DNA from: Paracoccus suum
GTDB lineage: Bacteria > Pseudomonadota > Alphaproteobacteria > Rhodobacterales > Rhodobacteraceae
Direction of reading: 5' to 3'
Length of the DNA stretch: 32,000 bases
Assembly: GCF_003324675.1 (NCBI RefSeq)
Contig: NZ_CP030918.1
Span: forward strand, 3,000,001 to 3,032,000
Below, piece after piece: positions 9,376-17,597 of this stretch. How positions within the stretch are numbered: position 1 is the stretch's first letter; every line of letters starts with the position of its first letter. Below the pieces are notes generated by a model that ran no database searches, was not told the DNA's origin, and saw nothing but the letters and a program-made list of their open reading frames with translations. Position numbers and translations under genes: made by a program.

Positions 9376-10658
9376 CTGCCATGGCCCAGACAGCAGTGCC
9401 GGACCTGTCCGTCACCCCGCAGTCGGCGCTGATCGACGTGCCGCGCAGCATCATCCTGCGCGGCGTGCCGGCCGGGGCCGAGATCGAGATCACGTCCGAA
9501 ACCCAGCGCGGCGACCGGATGTGGCGTGCTTCAGCCCGTTATTGGGCGGATGATGCGGGCACGCTTGATCTGTCGCGGGACGCACCGCTGTCGGGCAGCT
9601 ACCAGGCGGTCGACGCGATGGGCCTCATCTGGTCCCAGCGCGGCGAAGGCGGGGTGTTTCACGACGACCCCTCCCAGCCGCTGGAGACGACGTTGACGGC
9701 GCGCCTTGAGAGCGCGCCGATCGCAACCGCAATGATGACGCAGACCCTGATGGCGCCCGGTGTCACCCGACAGCCGCTTGCCGAAGACGGGCTGGTTGGC
9801 ACCCTTTTTACGCCTGCCGGCGCTGGGCCGCATCCGGCAATCATGATCCTCAACGGCTCGGGCGGCGGCATCAACGAGCCGCGCGCCGCTCTCTGGGCAA
9901 GCCGCGGGGTCGCGGCCCTGGCGCTCGGCTATTTCGGGGCGCCGGGACTGCCGCGCTATATCTCGAACACGCCCCTGGAATATTTCGCGCGCGGCCTCGA
10001 CTGGCTGCGGCGGACGGTCAAGCCGCGGGGCGATTTCGTCGCGGTCGCCGGACAGTCGCGCGGGGGCGAGCTGTCGCTGCTACTGGGCGCGACCTACCCG
10101 GACAAGGTATCGGCCGTCCTCGCCTATGTTCCCAGCGCCTTCGTCCATGGCGGCCAGGCCGCAGCCGACCCTGCACTGGGCAGAGACGGGCCGGGCTGGA
10201 CGCTGAATGGCGAGCCGCTGGTCCACCAGTGGCAGGACAACGTGACCGCCAGTTGGGAGCCCTATGACAACGCGCGCCACCAACGCCGGAACGCCGACGC
10301 CATGCGCACCGCCCTCGGCGATCCGGCTGCGATGGCGCGCGCCCGCATCCCGGTCGAGCGCATCGCCGGCCCGGTCCTGTTGATTTCGGGTGGAGACGAT
10401 GGCGCGTGGCCGTCGAATCTCTATTCGCTGATCGTGCAATCGAGCCTGCTTGCGGCGGGCCGCACCGCCGAATGGGTCAATACCCCAGAGGCCGGCCACT
10501 CGATCCTGTTCCCCTATGTCCCGACGACCGCCATTGCGCACGTCCACCCGGTCAGCGGCATCGCCACCACGATGGGGGGCACCCCAGCGGCAAATGCCGA
10601 GGCGAACATCGCCGCCTGGACCGCCGCTCAATCGTTCCTCGCATCGGCTGTAGGCTAA
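9372..10658 (+). CDS. BAAT / acyl-CoA thioester hydrolase family protein (N-terminal Bile_Hydr_Trans-like domain plus alpha/beta hydrolase domain)
   Basis: GTG 9372 overlaps the SBP stop (alternative ATG at 9381). Nucleophile elbow GQSRGG (Ser229, codon 10056-10058), acid motif ISGGDDGAWPS, and His motif EAGHSILFPYVP resembling the BAAT/ACOT GAGHxIEPPY block. Confidence 0.8.
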   Translation: MTAMAQTAVPDLSVTPQSALIDVPRSIILRGVPAGAEIEITSETQRGDRMWRASARYWADDAGTLDLSRDAPLSGSYQAVDAMGLIWSQRGEGGVFHDDPSQPLETTLTARLESAPIATAMMTQTLMAPGVTRQPLAEDGLVGTLFTPAGAGPHPAIMILNGSGGGINEPRAALWASRGVAALALGYFGAPGLPRYISNTPLEYFARGLDWLRRTVKPRGDFVAVAGQSRGGELSLLLGATYPDKVSAVLAYVPSAFVHGGQAAADPALGRDGPGWTLNGEPLVHQWQDNVTASWEPYDNARHQRRNADAMRTALGDPAAMARARIPVERIAGPVLLISGGDDGAWPSNLYSLIVQSSLLAAGRTAEWVNTPEAGHSILFPYVPTTAIAHVHPVSGIATTMGGTPAANAEANIAAWTAAQSFLASAVG

Positions 10659-10769
10659 GGTACGGGAGCTAGCCGCGACGCATCCTCGCGATTAGCGTCC
10701 CCGCGGGACGGGGCGCCCCTTCAGCCCTGCGAACATCTCCGCACCCGCCAATCACAATTGTTTTCGCCC

Positions 10770-10794
10770 CGAACAAACCGCAACGCAGCGAGTT
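10770..10794 (+). promoter_or_regulatory. candidate EcfG-type (general stress sigma) promoter-like motif
   Basis: cGAAC (10770-10774), then N16, then aGTT (10791-10794), against the alphaproteobacterial EcfG consensus GGAAC-N16/17-CGTT (7 of 9 positions). It lies 36 nt upstream of ATG 10830. Confidence 0.25.
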
Positions 10795-10796
10795 GA

Positions 10797-10817
10797 CGTA
10801 TTGCTGAGGGCAATACG
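10797..10817 (+). promoter_or_regulatory. perfect 8-bp inverted repeat abutting the Shine-Dalgarno of the small-protein gene
   Basis: CGTATTGC (10797-10804), loop TGAGG, GCAATACG (10810-10817), followed directly by AGGAGAG (10818-10824) and ATG 10830. Confidence 0.35.
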
Positions 10818-10829
10818 AGGAGAGCGATC

Positions 10830-11126
10830 ATGCCCCGGGGTGACAAGTCGAGCTACACCGACAAGCAAAAGCGCCAGGCCGAGCATATCGAGCAAGGATA
10901 TGAGGACCGTGGCGTGTCCAAGTCAGAGGCAGAGAGCCGGGCTTGGGCGACGGTGAACAAGGAGAGCGGCGGCGGCAAGAAATCGGGCTCTGGCCGAGGA
11001 AAATCGGAGAGTCACGCTCCCTCGCGCAAGGGGGATGCCCAGGCCGCATCCGGCGAGGGGGCAGCGAAACGCTCTGCCGCCGCGAAAAAGGGCTGGGAAA
11101 CGCGCCGACGCCAAGGAAACGCATAG
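10830..11126 (+). CDS. small conserved-looking basic protein (98 aa, Lys/Arg/Gly/Ser-rich), function unknown
   Basis: Strong SD AGGAG 6 nt upstream of the ATG. Ordered-looking N-terminus MPRGDKSSYTDKQKRQAEHIEQGYEDRGVSKSEAESRAWATVNKE, then a low-complexity basic tail. Stop TAG 11124-11126. From memory, similar proteins are often labelled plasmid stabilization protein, without experimental support. Confidence 0.8.
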   Translation: MPRGDKSSYTDKQKRQAEHIEQGYEDRGVSKSEAESRAWATVNKESGGGKKSGSGRGKSESHAPSRKGDAQAASGEGAAKRSAAAKKGWETRRRQGNA

Positions 11127-11280
11127 GGCAGCCTTGTTTTGAGGCTGGCTGCACTTTGACTTGGATGACGCGGGAAACGCGCGCCGCACTGGCTACAAAT
11201 ATGGCCGCGGGGGCGGTTCGCGCGGCCTTCGGCGACCGGAAAATCAGCCGCCCCCCGAGTTCCGCCTTCCTACGCCACCG

Positions 11281-13296
11281 ATGAATCGGGAAGCTGCAGT
11301 GACCGATTACAACAAGTTTCGCGAGCGCATGGTTAATGTCCACATCGCCGCTCGTGGCATCCGCGACGAGCGGGTTCTAAGCGCCATGCGAAGGGTCCCC
11401 CGCGAGCGGTTCGTAGACGACGGCCTCGAAGAGTTCGCCTATGATGATGCGCCCCTTCCGATTGGGGAAGGCCAGACCATCTCGCAGCCTTATGTCGTGG
11501 CGCTCATGATTGAGGCGGCCGAGATCGAACCCGGCGACCGCGTGCTAGAGGTCGGCGCGGGCTCGGGCTACGCCGCGGCGGTCCTCGGCCAACTCGCAGC
11601 CACAGTTTACGCGATCGAGCGCCACGCCACGTTGGCCAAGCTCGCGCTAGAGCGATTGAGCGCCCTCGGCTACGACAATGTCCACATCCTCATCGGTGAC
11701 GGCACGCACGGCCTTGAGGCGGAGGCTCCCTTCGAGGCGATTCTCGGCTCTGCCGGCGCCCGCTCCGTCCCGGACACCCTCAAGCGCCAACTCGCCATCG
11801 GTGGTCGCCTGATCATTCCTATAGGTGAGCAGGGAAATCAGAAGCTGTTCAAGATCACCCGCCTCTCCCAGGATCGTTTCGAGGAGCACAGCCTTGGCGC
11901 GGTCAGCTTCGTGCCGCTGATCGGCACCCATGGCTGGCCCGAGGAAGACCGCGCGGCAACCACCCATGTCCCGGGCAAGGCGCACGGCCAGACCCTTGCG
12001 CAGATGATCGGGGCAGCGGGCGAGGATTTGCCAGCGTTCGATAACCCGGCCTTTGGGGCAATGTTCGACAGATTTGCGGACCGTCGCGTAGTGCTGCTGG
12101 GCGAGGCGAGCCACGGCACCAGCGAATTCTACCAGGCTCGCGCCGCGATCACCCGGCATCTCATCGAACATCACGGCTTCAAGATCGTCGCCGTCGAGGC
12201 GGACTGGCCGGACGCCGCCCGGATCGACCGCTAAGTTCGCCGCCGCCCTGCCCGCCCCGGCGCCGCAGCGGACCCACCGTTCCAGCGGTTTCCCACCTGG
12301 ATGTGGCGTAACACGGATGTCCAGCAACTGATCAACTGGCTGCACGCGCACAACGCCACCATCGCGGAAATGGAGGGCCGGGCAGGCTTTTACGGCCTCG
12401 ACATCTACAACATGTCAGGCTCGATCGGCGCGGTGCTCGACTATCTCGACGAGGTCGATCCCGCAGCGGCCAAAATCGCGCGCGAGCGCTACGGCTGCCT
12501 GACTCCCTGGCAAAAGAACCCGGCGACCTACGCACGGGCCACGCTGTCGCGCGGTTACGCCGAATGCGAAGAAGGCGTGATCCGGCAGTGCCGCGACTTG
12601 CTGCGAAAGCAGGTGGAATATGCCGCGCAGGATGGCGACGACTTCCTCGATGCTGCGCAGAGCGCGCGGCTGATCGCCTCCGCCGAGCGGTACTACCGGA
12701 TCATGTACTATGGCGGCGCGGACAGCTGGAACCTGCGCGACACGCACATGTTCGAAACCCTGCAGAATTTGCTTAAAGCCAAGGGGCCGGAGGCCAAGGC
12801 CATCGTCTGGGCGCATAACAGCCATATCGGCGACGCCCGCTTCACTGAAATGGGGACCTCACGTGACGAGTTGAACATCGGCCAACTCTGCCGCGAGGCC
12901 TTCGGTGAGGATGCAGCCCTCATTGGCTTTGGCACGCATTTGGGCACGGTCGCTGCCGCGAGTGACTGGGATGGCGATATGGAGGTGAAGCGGATCAACC
13001 CCTCGCGTCCCGACAGTTACGAGCGGCAGTTCCACGACAGCGGCAAGCCCGCCTTCCTTCTCGACCTGCGTCCTGGCGTCCACGACGCGTTGCGACAACG
13101 CCTAAGCGAGCCGCGGCTGGAACGTTTCATCGGCGTCATTTACCGGCGAGAAACTGAACTGCAAAGCCACTATAGCCAAGCCGTCCTGCCGCGGCAGTTT
13201 GATGCCTTCGTCTGGTTCGACAACACCCGGGCGGTCACCCCGCTGGGACCCGAACATCATCGGGGCGTGCCCGAGACTTATCCCTTCGGACAATAG
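11281..13296 (+). pseudogene. protein-L-isoaspartate O-methyltransferase fused to an erythromycin-esterase-family domain, interrupted by one in-frame TAA
   Basis: Pcm motifs GEGQTISQPYVVALM and VLEVGAGSGYAAAVL in 11281-11940. The EreA-like domain starts at RVVLLGEASHGTSEFY...VAVEADWPDAARIDR, then TAA at 12232-12234. The same frame continues VRRRPARPGAAADPPFQRFPTWMWRNTDV... to stop 13294-13296. The span is 2016 nt (672 codons). The ORF track splits it into 11161..12234 and 12301..13296, both in frame 1. Confidence 0.85.
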
Positions 13297-13304
13297 GCCA
13301 TGCT

Positions 13305-13838
13305 TCAGCGAGCGCTTTCGTCATCCACGGGCGAGACCGGGGCGGAGGGCGGGGCACCGGCGTCGCCGGACCCGGACGCCATCCGATAGCGAAAGTCGCA
13401 GTGATCGTCCCCCGCCATGATCGTATGCGGGCGGTCGAGTTTCATGTCCGGATTGAACCCGATGCAGAAATCGCCATCCCGATTGCACGAGAGCAGCGCA
13501 CCGATGTCGCCAAGGCCCATTTGGCGGTACATTTCGGCGTAACGGCACCGCACGACATCGAATTCCAGTTGCTCGGGCGAAGCGTGCAGCATCTCGATCT
13601 CGAGTGCACCGCCCTTGGTCCAGTTAGGCAGGATTTCCAGGAAGTCGTCGAGGTCGGGCGTGCCGCCGAAGCGTTCCGACATGGTCTTTCCGTGGGCGAT
13701 TGCCGCGCGCGAGACGGCCTCACCAACGACCGCATTCGCCTCTGCCCTGCCGGAGCGTTCTTCGATGGTCTTATGAACCCACTTGAGGATCTCCGCCTCG
13801 ATGCGGCGGCGTTCGAGAATTGGCAGCTCTTCAGTCAT
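13305..13838 (-). CDS. L-2-amino-thiazoline-4-carboxylic acid (ATC) hydrolase family protein
   Basis: 177 aa, GGAGGA SD upstream of ATG 13838. Motif block LLSCNRDGDFCIGFNPDMKLDRPHTIMAGDDHCDFRY is typical of that family. Low-complexity C-terminal tail. Confidence 0.75.
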   Translation of the reverse strand: MTEELPILERRRIEAEILKWVHKTIEERSGRAEANAVVGEAVSRAAIAHGKTMSERFGGTPDLDDFLEILPNWTKGGALEIEMLHASPEQLEFDVVRCRYAEMYRQMGLGDIGALLSCNRDGDFCIGFNPDMKLDRPHTIMAGDDHCDFRYRMASGSGDAGAPPSAPVSPVDDESAR

Positions 13839-13853
13839 GGCGTCCTCCGGGAA

Positions 13854-15158
13854 TCAGTTCTTTTGCTCGGCCAGGTCCTTGCGGCGCAGCCAGGCGAGGT
13901 ATGAGGGTGCAATCCGGCGAACCAGACCGTGAAGCGGCAGCGGCCGCAACTTCGATTCCGGCAGCGCCAGCGAGTCTAGCCGTGCGCCCGAGGCAGCACG
14001 GGCCAGTTCGCGACCCAACGCCACTGACAGGGCCACGCCCCTGCCGTTGCAGCCGGTCCAGGTCCAGGCGCCATCGCCCAAGCGGTGGATGCGCGGCATG
14101 TAGTCGGGCGTCATGCCAACATATCCATTCCATACATGAGTCATCGGCTGGCGACCGAGGGCAGGAAATGCCTCGGCCAGATTTTCCGAGACACGAGCGG
14201 TAAGGCGCCGGATGACATCCCGCGTGCCGATAACGGCACCGCCGGTTATCAGCCGGTTTCCGGCATCGTAACGAAAAAAACGAAGATCGCCACGGGTATC
14301 GGAAACGGCTTGGCGACCCGGGATGACGGCGCTCCGCATGTCCTCGGGGATTGGCGGTGTTGACATCTGCCACGAGACGATGGGCACGATCGTGTGCGCC
14401 AGTCGGGCATCAAGGTCAGGGACCAACTCGCCAGTGTAAGCATTGGTGGCGAGGATCATGTGCCGCGCACGCACCCGGGCCCCGTTGGCCGTGCTTACGA
14501 CCCAAGCGTCCCCGTCCTTCCGCCAACCCGTGGCAAGGGTACCCTCGTGGATAGTGGCCCCGCGGCCTGCCACAACACCGGCCAATTCGCGCGTCAGCGC
14601 CAGCGGGTTGATATGTCCGCCGGTGGGATTGAACATTCCGCCGAACCAGTGGTCGGATCCCAGAAGCGTGCGGGTCTCTTCCCAATCCAGCAGGCGCGCC
14701 GGGAAACCGTGCTTGTTCCATGCCTCGACGCGGCGCCGCGAAAGGCCGACGCGGCCAGGCGAGTGAGCGGGCTGGAACCATCCGGTCTGCTCGGCCTCGG
14801 CATTGATGCCCTCCTCGCGGATCAGATCGAAAAGCGCAGAAGCGCTGTTGCCGATCAGCTTGACGAGGCGTTCGCCCGCGGCCCCGTGTCGCGTGATGAT
14901 CTTGTCAGGCTCGGCGGCGGACAGCGTCGGAATGACCTGACCGTTGTTGCGTCCTGACGCCCCCCAGCCGATCCCCTTTCCCTCCAGCAGCACGACCCCC
15001 TGGCCTGCGCGCAAGAACTCCAGCGCCGCAGAGAGACCGGTGAAGCCGCCCCCGATGACAACAGCATCAGTTTCACAATCGGCCTCCAGCGACGGGGAAA
15101 GTGGCCGGGCTGGCGTCGTGTCGACCCAGATCGAGGGGGGAAATTGCACGTCGGCCAT
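13854..15158 (-). CDS. FAD-dependent oxidoreductase, DAO family (gamma-glutamylputrescine-oxidase/PuuB-like amine oxidase)
   Basis: Start chosen at MADVQFPPSIW (ATG 15158). Dinucleotide fold DAVVIGGGFTGLSAALEF...GIGWGASGRNNGQ. The ORF-track start at 15245 adds 29 unlikely residues. Confidence 0.85.
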   Translation of the reverse strand: MADVQFPPSIWVDTTPARPLSPSLEADCETDAVVIGGGFTGLSAALEFLRAGQGVVLLEGKGIGWGASGRNNGQVIPTLSAAEPDKIITRHGAAGERLVKLIGNSASALFDLIREEGINAEAEQTGWFQPAHSPGRVGLSRRRVEAWNKHGFPARLLDWEETRTLLGSDHWFGGMFNPTGGHINPLALTRELAGVVAGRGATIHEGTLATGWRKDGDAWVVSTANGARVRARHMILATNAYTGELVPDLDARLAHTIVPIVSWQMSTPPIPEDMRSAVIPGRQAVSDTRGDLRFFRYDAGNRLITGGAVIGTRDVIRRLTARVSENLAEAFPALGRQPMTHVWNGYVGMTPDYMPRIHRLGDGAWTWTGCNGRGVALSVALGRELARAASGARLDSLALPESKLRPLPLHGLVRRIAPSYLAWLRRKDLAEQKN

Positions 15159-15173
15159 CGGTATGTCTGTCCT

Positions 15174-15211
15174 GCTTTTAAAAGTGAGGCGGCGCCTTGA
15201 AGGGCGCCACC
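15174..15211 (-). terminator. candidate intrinsic terminator or attenuator between the SBP gene and the FAD oxidase gene
   Basis: Minus-strand reading: GGTGGCGCC-CTTCAA-GGCGCCGCC (9 bp including one G-U; 15211 to 15188), followed after 4 nt by CTTTTAAAAG (15184 to 15175). It sits in the 161-nt gap between stop 15320 and start 15158. Confidence 0.4.
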
Positions 15212-15319
15212 AGGAGCCAGCGGCCTTGCTTATCCAAAGAGCCAACCGGGCGTCCCAATCCGATCACTCCTACCAACGGGGAACAGATCGGCGGTCGAGT
15301 CGCCAGGCGCAGCAATGAT

Positions 15320-16516
15320 CTATTGCTGCATGAACACTTCGAGGGGGATCACCTTTGAGAGCTTGGCGGTATCGATGACCTTGGACTTTCCGTCAGAAAC
15401 CTCGGTCACCAGGAACGGGATCTGAGTCTGGATGTGGAAATCGGGCGTGAAGGTTCGCGGTCCCAGCAACGTCGGCTCGTCCTTGAAGCTGTCCATGACT
15501 TTGACGACGGCATCGGCGTCGAAGGTGCCGGCTTTCTCGACCGCCTTGGCCCAAAGCTCGATTGCGACATAACCGTCAAACGTGCTCTGGCTGACCGGGG
15601 CCGCGCCAAACCGCGCGGCGTATTTCTTGACGAACTCGTTGACTGCCGGGTTCGGATCGTCGCCCCGGATCGAGCCGCGGGCCAGTCCGTAAAAACCGCT
15701 CAGACCCGGTGCGGACGAAATCCAGTCCTCGCCGTCCATCGAGGTTCCGGCAAGGATGGGGACCGTAATTCCGGCAGCCCGGATCTGACGCATCGCGCTT
15801 GCTGCACCGGGCATGTACGAGCAAAGCATGATCGCGTCAGGATTTGCCGCCTTGATACGGCTGATCTGGGCGGCGATGGACGTATCCCCGTTTTCGAAAG
15901 TATCAGCGCCGACGATCTGGACCCCCTCGAGTTGAGGGGCCATCCACTCAAAGCCGCTGCACAGGCCCCGATCATACTGAATCGTCACGTCGAGCAAGGT
16001 AAAGGGCTTGCGCATGTTGAACTTGCTGTAGGCCCATTCCGCGATTGTCGCTCCTTCCGTGTTGCCTACCGAGGCCGCCGAATAGGAATGAGGACCGATG
16101 CCCTGCGCGCCCGCCTTGAAGTCAGCCGCACACAGGAAAATCGAGATCTTGCCAGCGGACTCGGCCGCGAGGGCTGCCGGGGCGCCCAGATCGAAGTCGC
16201 ACGACACCAGCATCATCGGCACGTCCATCGACAACAGTTCCTGCGCCACCTGCGCGGTTCGGGCGACATCGGTGCGCGTGTCTCGGATCTCGGGGACCAG
16301 CTTCTTTCCCAGCAGGCCGCCTTTTGCGTTGATCTCGTCCATCGCCATGATAGCGGCGTTGGTGGCGCCCTCGTCATAGGCCTGCATCCAGCCTGACTGG
16401 GCGACGGCAAAGCCGATCTTCACCTCGCCGTCCCGAGCAAGTGCCGCAGGCGCAAAGGTGCTGGCCCCGACCGTCAGAGCGGCCCAAAAGCCAATCGCAG
16501 AACCTGTTCTGATCAT
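15320..16516 (-). CDS. ABC transporter substrate-binding protein, LivK/type-1 periplasmic binding fold, Sec signal peptide
   Basis: 398 aa. Signal MIRTGSAIGFWAALTVGASTFAPAALA/RD. KIGFAVAQSG...AMDEINAKGGLLGKKL is typical of branched-chain/amide-type SBPs. SD GAGGGGGG upstream. Confidence 0.9.
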   Translation of the reverse strand: MIRTGSAIGFWAALTVGASTFAPAALARDGEVKIGFAVAQSGWMQAYDEGATNAAIMAMDEINAKGGLLGKKLVPEIRDTRTDVARTAQVAQELLSMDVPMMLVSCDFDLGAPAALAAESAGKISIFLCAADFKAGAQGIGPHSYSAASVGNTEGATIAEWAYSKFNMRKPFTLLDVTIQYDRGLCSGFEWMAPQLEGVQIVGADTFENGDTSIAAQISRIKAANPDAIMLCSYMPGAASAMRQIRAAGITVPILAGTSMDGEDWISSAPGLSGFYGLARGSIRGDDPNPAVNEFVKKYAARFGAAPVSQSTFDGYVAIELWAKAVEKAGTFDADAVVKVMDSFKDEPTLLGPRTFTPDFHIQTQIPFLVTEVSDGKSKVIDTAKLSKVIPLEVFMQQ

Positions 16517-16529
16517 TGATAAACCCCCC

Positions 16530-17597
16530 TCAGGATTGTGTTTCGTGTCTGGACGACATGTTCGACGCGTCGCGACCGGGCAGGGCCTTGGGCCAGCCCA
16601 ACTCGAAGTGGCCGAAGAGGCCCAGCGGGCGCTTTACAAGGAAGACACACGTCAGCGCCGCAACCAGGAAGTCGGCGATACCCGGGATCGCGAGATTAAA
16701 GCCCCCCACCCTGCCCACGCCCTCCAGCCAAACCAAGACTTCGATCAGCACCGACAGCAGGATCGCGCCCACAACCGCGCCGCTGAGGCTGTAGACCCCG
16801 CCGATGATCAGCATACTGAGGGCAAGGAACGTGGCCGCCAGATAGAAGGCATCGGGCCGGATGACTCCAAGGTGTCGGGCCTGCAGACTGCCGGCAATCC
16901 CACAGACAAAGGCGCTGAGGACAAAGGCGAGCAGCCGTACACGGTAGCCGCTGATGCCAACCGCTTCGGCCGCGATTTCCTCGTCCCGCACCGCGCGCAG
17001 CGCAAGACCCGATGCCGAATTGATATGTGCCCAAGCGATGAAAACGGCGAGGATCGCAAAGCCGGTGACGTGCCAGATCTTCAGCCCCGTCGGGATGCCG
17101 ACCAGGGACCCAACGCCTCCGGTTATCGGCCCGGCGTTGGAGTAAACGGTGTTGAAGATGGCGAGGACCGCGAAGGTCGCGATGGCTGAGGCGATACCCG
17201 ACAGGCGCATGATGACCGCGCCCGCCAACAGGGCAGCAAGGGCAGCAAACAAGGCCGACAGGAGAACGGCAAGGAACGGTTCGACCTGTGCCTGCTGCAG
17301 GACCTCGGGCAGCCCCTTCAGCATCATGGCCTTCATCATAGGCCGTAGCGTAAGCCAGGCCGTCATGTAGGCGGACATTCCCACGAAGGCCATGTGCCCG
17401 AAGCTGAGCACGCCGGAGTTGCCTATGAAGATGTAAAACCCGGTGACGAGGATGACGTTGATCATGATGCCGGTGCCGATGCGGGACAGCACCGAGGAGC
17501 CGGTCAGGCTGAACCCCATGGCGACCAGGACCAGCAACCCTGCAAGTAGCAGCGGGGTGGCATGTCGGGCCACAAGGGCGGATGTGGATGGGGTCAT
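16530..17597 (-). CDS. branched-chain-amino-acid-type ABC transporter permease (LivM-like)
   Basis: 355 aa, highly hydrophobic with many TM segments. Its start overlaps the upstream stop by 1 nt (TGATG). Confidence 0.88.
   Translation of the reverse strand: MTPSTSALVARHATPLLLAGLLVLVAMGFSLTGSSVLSRIGTGIMINVILVTGFYIFIGNSGVLSFGHMAFVGMSAYMTAWLTLRPMMKAMMLKGLPEVLQQAQVEPFLAVLLSALFAALAALLAGAVIMRLSGIASAIATFAVLAIFNTVYSNAGPITGGVGSLVGIPTGLKIWHVTGFAILAVFIAWAHINSASGLALRAVRDEEIAAEAVGISGYRVRLLAFVLSAFVCGIAGSLQARHLGVIRPDAFYLAATFLALSMLIIGGVYSLSGAVVGAILLSVLIEVLVWLEGVGRVGGFNLAIPGIADFLVAALTCVFLVKRPLGLFGHFELGWPKALPGRDASNMSSRHETQS

Noticed and set aside
10793-10798. TTGACG hexamer as a sigma-70 -35 box for the small-protein gene.
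   Set aside because: A -10 element would have to fall at about 10816-10821 (CGAGGA), inside the SD region only 9 nt from the ATG. The spacing and sequence do not fit.
10828-11343. 171-aa minus-strand ORF and 113-aa plus-strand ORF (10943..11284) overlapping the small-protein gene and the following spacer.
   Set aside because: They have no SD and a Pro/Arg/Ser/Cys-rich composition. They overlap a gene with a much stronger start context.
12232-12234. Possibility that the in-frame stop is recoded (selenocysteine, pyrrolysine or read-through).
   Set aside because: The codon is TAA, which is not used for Sec (TGA) or Pyl (TAG). No SECIS-like hairpin follows. The aligned position is expected to be Tyr.
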